DNA from: Lama glama
Taxonomy: Eukaryota
Direction of reading: 5' to 3'
Assembly: GCA_028534125.1 (NCBI GenBank)
Contig: CM052817.1
Span: forward strand, 70,124,001-70,188,000
DNA length: 64,000 bases
This document shows, in pieces, positions 1-12,350 of this stretch. The notes under the pieces are model-generated. The model was not told where the DNA came from. It saw only the letters and a list, made by a program, of their open reading frames with translations, and searched no databases. The translations under genes were made by a program, and so were the position numbers. The stretch's first letter is position 1; each line of letters begins with the position of its first letter.

Positions 1-1307
1 ATAAGCTTCATATCCAGCACATCCCTCAAGACCACAGCTTGGTGTTAGCAACATAATTTTTATGCTGTGAAGGAAGAGGTCTGAGAAGAAGTTTCCGTAA
101 TACCACACACTATTCTAGCCTCTCTTTCCGTGCATTCTGTTTTATTCTGTACTCAGCGCAGGGTTCCTGGCTGTGCTAGTGGGAAGGACGGAACTGGCTC
201 GGATAGGCCTGGAGGGTGGAGGAGTGTGGAGCAGGGAGGATCTCTTCCCTTCTCTCAGGTACCTCCGCGTGTGAGTGTCCGCACAGGTGGGCATGGCCAC
301 GAGGCCAGGTGGCCCCGGCTGAGGCAGAGCTCATAGCCGATTTTGGGTGCATCTCTGGCTCACGGTTCTGTGGCTGTGGGGGCCCTTAGAGAGCCTCCGC
401 GAAGGGTAACTTTGGGTACTTCTGGATGCCACGTCCTGGCTGTGCTGCCAAAGGGAAATTTTCTGGTTTACCTGGGAACATTCAGAAAGGGCCAGAGGGC
501 GGGGGCTAGCTCCTTCCTCAGCCCAAGAGACCATCCTGAGCCAGAAGGAGAGATTCTAGCTTGGGGTGTTTCTGGGAGATTCACTGTAATTAACATTTTT
601 CAGTCAATGCTATTATCACTGCGAAACTTGACACATTTTGCAATATGGAAATAAGTATTCTTGGCTTTACAATATAAAGGCCTTCCATCTCAGCTCACAT
701 ATTTCTTTACCTGGAGGTGATGCTAATGATTTCTTCTTCTTTTTTAATCTTATTTTTCTATTGTAGTTATAAAATCCTGTTATATATATATGTATATATA
801 AATTGTTATTGTTAATATGATTTCAGGTTTTCAATGGAAAATTCTTTATGAGGAAAATAGAACCTTAAGTTATGAAGTTGCTCCCTTTTCTAATGATGTG
901 TCCTTAATAATGTTTTGAAATATCTCATAGATAAACATAGCCTCCCTCAAGCCTATTTAGCAACAAGATAATCCCCAACCCCAGTATAATAAATAATCCA
1001 CATAAATAAATATCTGCAGCATTCTTGCCCTCATACATACTGTTCTGTTTCGGGGTCAGGGGCCCAAGAAGAGAGAAGGTTGATTTTTGGTGTATTGTGT
1101 CTTTGAGGAACAGACTGATAAATTTTTTCTTTGCTGTGGCACATTTAGTGGCGGATACTGCTTTACATTTTGACTGCTTCTCTACAAAGCTGGTGTATGG
1201 ATCTTTATATCTTTGAATATGAATGTAAATTATCATTACCCTATTATGGAAAAGAAAGAAGTCTAATACGTACATTTTTTGCACTGCTTTCTTTTTCTTT
1301 TTTCCAG

Positions 1308-1446
1308 GAGAACCAGTTTGGCTATTAAAGGAAACTCTCCGTACAGAGCAGAGCCAGAGAAGGCAAGGTTTCAGAGAGAATAGCTGTTTACCATCAAAGC
1401 AAGCTGGGTCCCACACAGACACGGTGTATTACACACAAAGACGAAG
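1308..1446 (+). other. Candidate internal spliced exon (139 nt), probably non-coding/5'-UTR, of an unidentified host gene
   Basis: Branch-like ctaat at 1263-1267, long polypyrimidine tract ending tttttccAG at 1307, consensus donor AAG|gtaagt at 1446/1447. No ATG in the exon; two of three frames contain stops. Confidence 0.7.
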
Positions 1447-2249
1447 GTAAGTGCCCCGTGGTTTTCACAAGTAATTTACGGTGCTTATATAAATGCACCA
1501 GAGCTTCTAGAATTCTTACTGATCATGTTACTTGCTTTTCTCTTGTTAAACAAAAGCACCGAATAACCAAATGTCATTAAAAAAATGAGTTGTCTGGATT
1601 CCACACCCTCCTCCCTCATAGCCTGATGCTTCTGTGTGTCCACATCTATGTATCAGAGAGGAGTGATTTGTTCCATGCGAGAAATGCCAATTTGGTGATG
1701 CCACATAATGAAAATTTACTAACCCTTTTATTTATCAAAGTGTCTTTCTCTGCTCAGTTTTAAAAAGCAGAGATTTCACTTGGAGTTATATATTTATTGG
1801 GTTAATTTATATTTTATAAATATGTGAAATTATTAATTCATTCTATCTGTAGCATGTGTGGACCCTGAAGCTTATGGCAGTGCTGTTATCTGTTGTAGGG
1901 ATGCAGACATGCTCTTTGATGTGTTATTCTTGGGGACTGGGAGGGATAAAGATGGAATACTCATTGGGCCCGGCTCTCCAGATGGGCTGAAAATGCAGCA
2001 GTGAGTTATGTACGTTTCCACGGAGCAGGATGGTAGCTCTCTCATCTGTACTGTGCTGTAGACAACGGGATACTTCAGGGAGTAGCCGCTCAGCCATTCC
2101 TGCTCTGTGCCTGCCTAGGACGGGGCACTGGGCATCGCCTGTCCACAGACATCGCCTCCTGCACGTGCTTGCTTCAGTAAGCTGCCCTCGCATTGGCTGT
2201 GTGGAATGAGGTGCACTACCCAGGAAAAATGCCCCATGGGAATAATAAA

Positions 2250-2405
2250 AATAATAATCATGTACAGTGCCAGCGTATGTCACATCCTGTTCTAAATGCT
2301 TTATTTCTGTTAACTCACTTAATCCTTACAACAACCCTGTAAGATAGGCTTTTTAGTATCCTTGGTTACAGATGAGGAAACTGAGGCACAGAGGAGTTAG
2401 CTGTG
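2250..2405 (-). mobile_element. MIR SINE fragment
   Basis: MIR core 'acagatgaggaaactgaggcacagag' and 'ttaatccttacaacaaccctgt'. Confidence 0.8.
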
Positions 2406-2514
2406 TACCTCTCATTCTCTGGCCCCAATCCTGTGTTGTTTAGGTGGATGCAGACTTATTCTTAGCATAGAGGTTCATTGTTGGTTTCCCCCCTTGGGAC
2501 TTTTTTCTTTTTAT

Positions 2515-3140
2515 TAATCCATTCTTTCTGTCAATGTGTTGAGAGATACTATGAGCGAGGCACTGTGTTAGGGCTTGAGGATACAGCCAAGACCAAGTCA
2601 GGCATAATGGTGGCCCCACAAAGCTACCAACCTGTTGAGAATAACAGACATCAAACAGATAATTACAACAGATTACAGTGATGGTCGGGGGAAAACTAGG
2701 TGCTGTGGGAGAGCAAAGCAGGGGATCTAATCCTGTCTAAGGGGTCAGAATTACTTCCCAGGTAGAGTGAGAATTAGCCAAGTGAAGAGAAAGGAGAAAA
2801 TTGCTCTAGGCAGAGGGAACTCCAAGGGAGAGCAAGTAGGAGTTCTGTGAGATAAAGTACTGTTTGAGGAACTGAAAAACTAAGGTCAAGTCTGGAGTGT
2901 GGATTGGAGGGAGAGGGGGACAGGGAGCCACTGGAGAGGCAGGCTGGGGCAGAAGATGGAGGGCCTGGTAAGCCATTGAAGGCTTGTAATTTCAACTCAA
3001 AGAGAAGCCTTCAAAGGTATAATCAGGGAAGTGATGCGACCGAATGCTCACCTTCATAAAGATCTGTCTACTGCTTTGTGGAGAATGTCCTGAAGTGGGG
3101 GGCATAACTGGGACAGGGAAGACCAGTTAGATGGCTGTTG
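2515..3140 (-). mobile_element. L2 LINE 3' fragment
   Basis: 'ccattctttc..tgttgag..tactatgagcgaggcactgtgttaggg..gatacag' followed by purine-rich L2-type body. Confidence 0.65.
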
Positions 3141-3454
3141 AGTACCCCCAACCTTTGGCGATACTTCTTTTGAACCCCTTGGGGAAGCTGCCAAGTCCTC
3201 TCCTCAATCTGCAGATACGCGGTGTGGTAAGAAACCTTCCAAATGCCTAAGGCCATAGTGCCTAATCCACCAAAGGCCAGTGAATATGAACATTCTTGGT
3301 TTACATAGCTGGGTCAGACAGACATATGGTTCCTTGTGCTCAACTGGGGACAGCTGTGGAGAAAGAGAGCCCAGAGACAAGGCCTTTGGTTGTTTGAGCA
3401 CTGTTCATTCATTCAGTCAATAAGCATGTTGGCGTTCAATTTTCTGTCTAACTA

Positions 3455-3660
3455 ATTGACAGTTACCATTTCAAGTGTGTTCACCAGGCACCATTCTATG
3501 CCTTGATGTGGATTATCTCATTTATTCTTCATCACGGCCCTCTGAAGCGAGTGCCTTATTTATTCCCCTATTTCTAGTTCAGGAAGATAGGCAAGGAGCT
3601 TAAATTACTTGCCCAGGCCATATAACTAGTAAGAGGAGAGGAGCCAGGTTTCCACTGTAT
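3455..3660 (-). mobile_element. MIR SINE fragment
   Basis: 'ccaggcaccattcta..tctcatttattcttca..taaattacttgcccaggccatataactagtaag'. Confidence 0.65.
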
Positions 3661-4899
3661 GAATGAATGAATGAATGCACAAACCCACCACTTCTCCTGT
3701 TTGCCTCTAATAACGTGTGAGGATGCTACCTGATTGTGAACAATCTCCACTGTCTTTGTGTTAATTAAGCAGCTGGTGGGGCGCACTCATTCTGCCATCC
3801 ATGGCATTGACCCTAGAATGGAGAAAGTGCAGCCATTGACCTTTCTATATTGGGGACAGCACATTGCACATGATTAGCCAATTTAAACAGGTTTCTGATA
3901 AGAAGACAGTTTCTGTAGGGAAAATGAATATGTAAAAAAGGCCATACTCATTTTTAAGGAATTTGTGGTTAAGTTGAAACACACATTCACCCACAAAGGA
4001 TAACAATATGCTCAAAACCAGCTAGGGTCATATTATGACTTGTTTGTCTTAGGATTTTTTCCCTTTGTGAACTCTTTGCTCCATTAAAAATATTTAAAAT
4101 GATATTCTACAAATATAGGGGTACAAAGATGTATATAATCCAGGCTGGGTTTATTATTATTTAATTTTTTCTTATTTTAAAAGAAATTAACATTAAAACA
4201 TGTTTGTGGGCCTCTAGGTACTATGCTGTTGTGCCTTATGTGTAAGTTGGTCCTGTTTCCAAATAAGTGACAGTAAGAAAAAAGTCAGAAGAGGAAGAGA
4301 TTGTTTTGATCTGAACTATGGCTCTGAGGGATTCAAAGTTAGCCAAAAAGAAGATGCTAAGTAGTCAGTTTCTTGGATGAGCAAAGATGGAATGGGCACT
4401 GAGTAAAGTCCAGAGTGCGATGGGAAGGAGGGGAGACAGGTGCATGGTGAGAGAGACTGGAGATTCCCTTTTATCTGATGCCAGATGTGGAGTTTGGGAG
4501 GAGATTGCTCAAAAGCACTGTGTAGGGTGAGGGAGACCAGCATGGGCCAATGTGGGCAGGGAAGGGCCCAAGGGAAAAGTGGGATCAGGCCAGGACCCTG
4601 AGAGTCAGAGGGTAGAGTTGGGTAAGGGCAGGTATAGGGCAAGACTGTGCAAGGCAGTCAGAAAGGCAAATCAGAGCAGGAGGATGTGGTGATAACATGA
4701 ATTGTATCATTCTCCATTCATGGACAGTTTTGCAGAAAAGAAAAATTCCTAAATGCTGAAAGCCAATTCCAGTCTCTGCTTGGATGGCGTCTACTATGCA
4801 AAACACACAGCTGAGCCCCAGAATCAAAAAGGTGGGGCAGGTCATTTTAAAGTTACATAGCGAAGGCCACCAACAAAGGGAGGGTTAAAGAACTAGCGT

Positions 4900-5215
4900 C
4901 ATTAAGATAATCCTCTATAGGGAGTAACATGATACAATCCCTATGTTAAAAGGACTATGCCAGTAGCTGTGTGGAGAGTAGACTTTGGGAGCAAGGGTGC
5001 AATGAGAGAGAACAGGCAGGAGTCTATGGCAAGACTGGAAATGACAGTGGCTTGGAGTAGGGTAGCAGCAGTGGAGATGGTGAGAACAGTTGAGTTCTGG
5101 ATATGTCTTGAAGGTAGAGCAGACTTGCTGATGGCTTAGCTGTATGATATGAGGGATAGAAAGGAATCACAGATGACTTCTAGGCTTTTGGCCTGAGCAA
5201 GTGGATGCCACTTTC
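4900..5215 (-). mobile_element. L2 LINE fragment
   Basis: 'gtggagatggtgagaa..ttctggatatgtcttgaaggtagagc..gatgacttctaggcttttggcctgagcaa' typical of L2. Confidence 0.65.
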
Positions 5216-6459
5216 TTTGAGGTTCCAATAGTCCAAGAAGTGATTGGTGGCATGGTGATCACATGATTACATGGGTTCTCTTTGTGGTCAGTCATGGAGC
5301 TGTACGCCACCTGCATTTATTTGTGTGCTTTTCTGTATGCATGTTGGCTCCCATTTTAAAGACTAGGAAAATAATTGGTAGAAAGGTCCCCGGTAAACAC
5401 TGGAATTCAACCTCACTGTTTCCTCTGACTCATTCCTCTGTGACTCTTCAAGGATCTGTTGCATTTATTCTTTCTCTCCATCTCCCTTGTTTGTGCTTTA
5501 GTTCAGACTTCTTGCCCAGACAATTGCAATAGCACTAACTTATCCCACTGCCTCTGGTCCCACTGTGGCAGAAAAATTTTTATGAACTACTAATATGATC
5601 ATGGCTCTTTCCTGCCAAAAATTACTCCTCTGTAGAATAAAGGTCAAACTCTGCTGTTTATGATGCGAACCCCTCTCAGGTGTGGCTTTTTCTTGCCTTA
5701 CCTAATCTTGCACTGCTTTCTCCTTCCCACTCAGCATTACAGCCATCACAGCTGTTTGCAGTCTACTTAACACCCTGGGCTTGTGCACAGCCATTCCTCT
5801 ACCTGGGTAAGACCCCACTCAATTACCCACCCCTCTGTGATGCTTTCCCAGTGTTCCAGGCGAAGCCTCACCACCTCCTTTGTGCCAGCACTTGACTTTA
5901 CACTTCCTCCATGTATTATTACAAATAGCATACTGTATTGTAATTATTTTTAAAGCAAAGCTTATTTTCTTTTTCCTACTAAAGAGACCTGAATAAAGTG
6001 AGAGAACTAGCTGCTTGAATATGACCTATACAAAAAAGTAATAGAAAGAAGGAAAAAACCCCAAATCTCATCATTAAAAAATATTCCCTTTTATTCTTTT
6101 CTTTCAATCTTTCTTTCAAGGCTTATTTTAAAAATGTAATTGGAAACACACAATATAAATTCTGTATCTTGCTTCTTCATGTAATATTTTAACAATGACT
6201 TTCTCTTGATATTTAAAAATATTTCATGTTTTTATGGAAAACCTATTTCCATGTTATTTCTTAGCACCTCTACTTCCTTATCTGTGGGTTTTATCTTACA
6301 TGTGTTACTTACCTATAAATTTATTAGATTTAGTGTTTTTATTGATTTATTTAAGATTTCTCTACATCAAAAATATAAAACATTTTCAGTTTAAAAATAC
6401 CATTTAGGACTGAATTAGGCTGCAAGTAACAGAAAAGCAGGTAATTTGTTTTCTGCCTC

Positions 6460-6652
6460 CCAACTTTATTGATATAACTGACGAATAGAATTGTGTATAT
6501 TTAAAGTGTACAACATGATGATTTGATACATGATGTATTGTGAAGTCATTACCATATTAATCAGGTTAATTAATGCATCCATCATCTTACATTGTTACCT
6601 TCTTTTTGGTGAGAATGCTTAAGATCTACTCTCTTAGCAAATTTCAAGTAGA
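6460..6652 (-). mobile_element. L1MA-type 3' end fragment
   Basis: 'tatatttaaagtgtacaacatgatgatttgatac..aagatctactctcttagcaaatttcaagta'. Confidence 0.8.
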
Positions 6653-6657
6653 CATAG

Positions 6658-7195
6658 GGGTGTTGGTTTTCCATTCTTGCTATAATAATCACCACAGACT
6701 TAGTGGCTTGAACAGCACAAGTATATTCTTTTTAGTTCTGGATGTCAGAGGTCTAAAGTGAATCTCACTGGGCTAAAATCAAGGTGTTGGCAAGAGCCTC
6801 TAGGCAAGAGGATTTGTTTGCTTGCCTTGTCCAGCTTCTAGAGTCTGCCCACTTTCCTTGGCTGATGACCCCTTCCTTCATCTTCAAAGCCGGCGATGGC
6901 AGGCTGAATCATTCTCACATACTCTAACTCCCATCTTTGCTTCCATCATCATATCTCCTTCTTGGGTTCTGAGCTCTCTTCTGCTTCCCTCCTCCACTTT
7001 TAAAGACTTATGATTATATTGGATCCACCTGGATAATCCAGATTACTCTTCTTGTTTGAAGAAACAGCTATTAGCAGAATAGCAACCTTAATTCCATTTG
7101 TACCCTTAATTCCTCTTTGCCATGTAACAACATACTACAGGTTCAGAGGATTAAGATGTGGACATCTTTGGGGAGCCATTATTAATGCCATACTG
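6658..7195 (-). mobile_element. MLT1 (C/D-like) solo LTR
   Basis: 'accacagacttagtggcttgaac..tctcactgggctaaaatcaaggtgttggca..ccagcttctaga..gattaagatgtggacatctttgggg'. Confidence 0.8.
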
Positions 7196-7469
7196 GGCAT
7201 ATAAACAAATAAGGTGCTTACTTGTTTTACACAAAAAGAAGTCTAAGGGTGTCAGTCCAGAACTAATACGACAACTTGATTATACCATAAGGTAGTCAGG
7301 CTCTTTCCATCTTTCTGTTGTATCATCCTTACTGTATGGACCTTTGATAGTGTGCTTATTGCCTCTTGGCTGCCAGATGGCTGCTGAGCCTCCAGGCATT
7401 TCTTCCATGCTCCAGGAAGGAAAGAGGTGGCAATGTGAAGGGCAAAGGAGCAAAAGATAGAAGGGAATA

Positions 7470-7880
7470 TGTCTTAGGTCACATTCCCTAGAAGCAGACC
7501 CCAGCCTATTCATATGTTCATGGTTTATTAAGGAAGTAGGTCTAGGAGAAATCAGTAAATGGATGGAGTAAGAGAAGCAGCATAGAGAAGACTATAAAGT
7601 CAAGAGTGCTTTAGCCAAAACTCAGGGGGAACTCAGCATGAATTATACAAGTTTGTGTCTCCATCTCCAAGAAAGTAGCAGACCCCTCCCCAGTCAATGC
7701 AAGAGGGATGGGGATGTGAACACCTGGGCCTTCTGACATCTGGGCAGAGAGGCTTTAGCATCCAAAGGTCATTGTCTGAAGAAGGTAACAGGGACCAGCT
7801 GTTAGGATCAGAACACACAGAAACGGTGGCAGGAAACAGCTAGCAGATAAAGGGTTTCTGAGGGTTCTGGGCAGAGCACC
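7470..7880. mobile_element. ERVL-class solo LTR (LTR16/LTR33-like; subfamily uncertain)
   Basis: Begins 'tgtcttaggtcacattccctagaagcagaccc..tggtttattaaggaagt', resembling old ERVL LTR ends. Confidence 0.5.
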
Positions 7881-9375
7881 AAGTGCTAGCTGCATCTGTC
7901 TCTGCTGTGAAGCCTCTGGATGCCCGGGTTGGCAATCTCCAATACATTCCTTCTGTCCAAACTTACCACATCGTCACTGCAAAGGTATCTAAAGCAGGAT
8001 TTTTAGTTGGGTACATAGCTACTTTAACAAAATTGTAGTTCATTTAGTAAGTAAAAAGGAGAGAACGCATCAGAGACTGCGAAAATGTATTTCTCATTTT
8101 GTTTACTTTAACTTTTAGTCATTTTTCTTAAACAGAAGATTAAAAGTTTTCCATTGTAGATGTTTTCTTTTGCAATTTACATCACTATTGCAAAATTAAA
8201 ATGCCCTTCTTAAACAGACATCTGATAAACATCAGCTTATATTTTATCTGTATTTTCTAGTTTATAAAAATGTTTAGCTCTTCAACCCTTTAATCTATCT
8301 GTATCTTATTTTGAAGAACAATTTCAAATGATGGTACAGATGATTATCCGTACAAACACACAATGTTTTTTTGTGGGCTGTGTATTCTACTCCACTGGTC
8401 TGTTTATTCCTTCTTTAGTGTCACATTTTAAAAAATGATGTGCTTTTATAACATATTTTAATTGTAATAGGCAAGTAAGCAACCATCCTTATTTCTCTTC
8501 TTTTAAATTAGTAGTGGGTTTCATTGTATTACTTTCAACATCTATTGTTATGATCATATAATTCTTCTAACTGATCAATTCGTGTGTATATTATTAATTA
8601 GCTCTGTCACTTAACATCTGTGTGCTTCATTTCTCTCCTCGGAAAAAGGTGTTCAATTATATGACTATTAGGCTTCCACTCAGATCTAGCATTTTATCAT
8701 CCTAAGAATTATCTAGCTCTCTGAAGATTCCACTGGGCTGATCCTGTTGAACCTAGTAGTGGCTGCTTTCTGCTTGGATCGATAAATGCTCTCATGTAAA
8801 GAGTGAGAAAACACTCCTGGAAATCCATGGCTTCTGGTCTTTCTAACAGTGTGCCTTGCTGCTTCCTACCACCTGGGAGAGCTTCCTTCCTGGGACACCC
8901 AAACCAACTTTTCTAAATAAAAAATAAAAGAAAACAACAACTTGAACTGTTCAATAATAATAGTAAAAGAATTAATTACCATGTTAATATATACTTAATT
9001 AATAAATTAAACTTAGACCCGTGTCTGTATGTAATAAACACTACATAACTACTAGCTATCACTTTTTGTTGTTCTTTATTTGCAGTTCCATGACAAATGG
9101 GCAATGGAAGACCTGAATCCACTCCTTTAGTTGGTCTTAGTGCACTCTTGCTTCTTACAGAGTTAGAATCTCCTCACTCTGAGACTTTCCAGAATTTTTG
9201 TTCTAGTCTTTAAAATATTGTCCTAGTGCTTTTCATGCAATGTCATCCCTAAATGCAAGTCAATGGCTTCATCAGGTGGTCGCCCAAAGAAATAACTTTC
9301 TTTCTAATTCTGAAGAAAAGACTTGCTGTGTCGGGCTTATTAAGTGGGAGGCGTTTGTCAGTTTTCAAGATGATA

Positions 9376-9974
9376 TGGTTGATCCTCATTATTCATGGAT
9401 TCTATATTTGTGAATTCACCTACTTGTTAAAATTTACTTGTAACCATAAAATCAATGTTTGTGGTGCTTCCATGCTCTTGTACAGATATGCACAGAGTGG
9501 GGAAACTCTGAGCTGCACAGGACATTCTGCATTCTTATTTCTGCTCTCATACTGGAGATAAGGGTCCCTTTGTGCTCAATTTAGTGTCATGTTCTTCTGT
9601 GTTTTTGTGCTTTATGTTGATAATTTTGATGTTTAAAATGGCTCCCAAGTACAGTTCTTAAGTGCTGGCTGATATCATTATGTGCAAGAAGGTTATAATT
9701 GCCTTAAGAAAATTGGGCATTAGATAGCTTTGTTCCGGCATGAGTTGAAGTCCTATTGGCTGTGAGTTCAATGTTTATGAATCAACAATATATATTAAAC
9801 AAGAAACACACAGAAAACAAGGTTAAGTGTTGATCAGTTGATAATAACATGACCAGAGGCTCACAGGAACATAACCCTGTATTTCCCCTAGGAGCGATGG
9901 TTCAGTATTCGTTAACTGAACGTTGGCAGTGACTTTATAGAACGTTAACTACTGCAAACAACAAGAATCAAGTG
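9376..9974 (+). mobile_element. MER82 (TcMar-Tigger) non-autonomous DNA transposon, near full length
   Basis: 5' 'gttgatcctcattattcatggattctatatttgtgaattcacctacttg', 3' 'gactttatagaacgttaactactgcaaacaacaagaatcaagtg'; TA flanks at 9374-9375 and 9975-9976. Confidence 0.8.
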
Positions 9975-10329
9975 TACCTTCCTAAGGAATGTCTGAGGAG
10001 TGTTTGGGCTGTCTGGGATTTTTAACCTTGAGTATACCCACACCACCTCTTGCTCCTGAAAGACGAGACCCTGTATCTTACTTGGGCACAGGAAATACTT
10101 GGATGCCTGCCATGCCCACTCATGATGCCTTCCTCTTAAGGTTATGTAGACCCCATTATTTAAAAGTCCAGTGAAGGATTTTCATCATTTATTTTAATAT
10201 CATATAGTGTATGTTCGGTTTCATTTTGAGAAGCACTGAAAATAGACTTTAGCAGGGAAAAGAAAATTGTACACTGATTAATGTTGTTACATTCCTCAGT
10301 GACTTAGGAGAGCTTTTTCTTAACGATAA

Positions 10330-10510
10330 AAAGGGTTGCCATTAAGTTGTACTATGTTCCAAGCACTGCACTAAGCACCTTATATGCATTCTTTTATTGT
10401 ACCTTCACAACAACCTTACGAAGTAGGTCTCATTATCTTCATTTCACAAAAGAACATCTGCAGATCAGGGAGCTGCACTCAAATCCAAGTCCATTTGACC
10501 TAAAGTCCAG
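10330..10510 (-). mobile_element. MIR SINE fragment
   Basis: 'tactatgttccaagcactgcactaagcac..cttcacaacaaccttacgaagtagg..ctcaaatccaagtc'. Confidence 0.65.
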
Positions 10511-12239
10511 GTCTTTGCAGGTCTTTCTACTAAAGCATTCACAATAGGCACTAGTCATTCGTAGTAACTGTCCTTTTTTGTGGGTAATTCATGAAACGTA
10601 TTAGGAGAATATGAATGAAGTTTACTCAACTGAGTGTATCACATTAACACTTCTTAACTCAAGGAAGACAAATGTAAAGAGCGTGACACATATTCCACAA
10701 ATCCATCCCATGCTTTGTTACTTCAACCAAGAAAGAGAAATGTACAAGAAGAAAGTAAGAAAGGAAGGCTCACACCAGACCATCTATTTTCGCAATGTAT
10801 TAACTAATAGTAACTACAAATAAATATTAGTGTCATATCTACATTTCATTAGCTGAGAAAAAGCACACAATTCCAGAAATGGCACCTTTAGCTCCAGCAT
10901 GCACTGACAGTGAAGTAGCAGTCACTACGTCAGACAAATAAAACACATCTATCTGTTGATGCTTTCAGGGTAATGGTCATTAAGTAGACTTTCGGTTACT
11001 CCTGTCCTGTATCCTGCACTAAGTTGATTAACCTGTTTAATGAGTATATGAGAATGACCAAAGCTGACCTTACATCAAAGAGCCCCATTGTTGCTGTGTG
11101 CTGACCTGAAGTTTAACTGTGCACTAGGCTCATTAATTGCACCACAGATGTGCTGGAGAATAGAGTAGATATTTTAAGCAGCAGTGAGTTTCTTTTCCCA
11201 GATGTGTTCAGTTACTCAACATACAATATTAGATACTGGTTTGCGTATCCAGGCTCTGAACTCTCCATCCCTTTGCAAAGATTCACAGTTTAACAGTTAC
11301 TTTTGATGCATCTGGCAGTGGTGCTCAGTTTTATTTCTATGATAAAACTTAACTACATATTATTGAACATCACAAAGGAGTTTAAGGGAAAAAAGTCTGT
11401 AAATAAATCAATAGTGAATAAATTAGAATCCAGCTTCAAGAATCCCTTAAGGCCTCTAAGAAGATCGTTAGAGGCAGATGTGGCTTCCTTAGAGTACTGT
11501 CACCAAGGGCCAACTGTTACTTCAAACCACGAGTGCCAGACTATGGGAAAAAGGAAGCTAGTTCTTAAGTGATAACATTGATTTTTTAAAAAACACTTAA
11601 ACACAATAACATTTGTTGTAGTCTTGCGAATTCCTCTTTAATGTGTGTTTGTAAGCAAATTGAAGAGGGTCCTGTAGCTATCCATTTGCAGAAGGATGAC
11701 AACATTCTGAACTCATTTTTCATTGTGGCCCTTTTTTTTAAACATTGAAGTTTGTATACTTCTGTTGTTTAAGCCTTACAAAATAATATCTTTTCGCAGC
11801 AAGGTTTTTTGTTTGTTTTTATTTTTGTTTCTATTTTGGTTTTGTGGGGAGGGGAACATAAAGCAGCTACTACTTCCTTTGCTGTACCCTTCCCTGTGCC
11901 CATACCGGGGATGGAAAGTGGACCCACTGAGTGCAGGAAGAGGCTCAAGTGCCTTCTGTCATCCACTCTGAGTCTTCTCATCTGTGACAACATCCCCAGA
12001 TGTAAATGTGAAGTGGCACCCAATCCAGGACGGGTAGGGTGGAAGGTGGGGTGGAAGCAGTGGGAAAGGCAGTGAGATGGAGGGAATCGTATGGGATCAG
12101 TGGGGGACAACAGGGTGTATATGCCTCTAGTTTATGCAGAAGCGCTGAGAATAAGATCCTTCAGTCTTAGACCCTCAGCGCTGCTCTCTTTCACTGCTTT
12201 CCTTCTCCTGCTGCCTGTCCTGCTCATTTATTTTCTTGT

Positions 12240-12350
12240 CCTAACACTAACTTGTACTACAGCCTTGAGACATTTAACTTCTTTGGGCCTCAGTTTCCTC
12301 ATGTGTAAAATGAAGGTGTACTACATGATCTTCCAAAGTGTGTTCCAGTA
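12240..12350 (+). mobile_element. MIR fragment
   Basis: 'catttaacttctttgggcctcagtttcctcatgtgtaaaatgaagg'. Confidence 0.75.

Larger units (their letters stand above)
6403..8070 (-). mobile_element. Old MLT1 (ERVL-MaLR, J/K-like) solo LTR split into about three pieces (6403-6440, 7200-7465, 7930-8070) by later insertions
   Basis: 'ggctgcaagtaacagaaaa' start, resuming at 'taaacaaataagg..agatggctgctgagcctccaggcat', ending 'aacaaaattgtagttc..tagtaagtaaaaaggagagaa'. Confidence 0.5.

Noticed and set aside
925..1422. 165-aa minus-strand ORF overlapping the exon candidate
   Set aside because: No recognisable homology; its poly-K run is simply the reverse complement of the + strand polypyrimidine tract.
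9086..9200. Acceptor-like ttctttatttgcAG at 9085
   Set aside because: No convincing downstream donor or coding signal.
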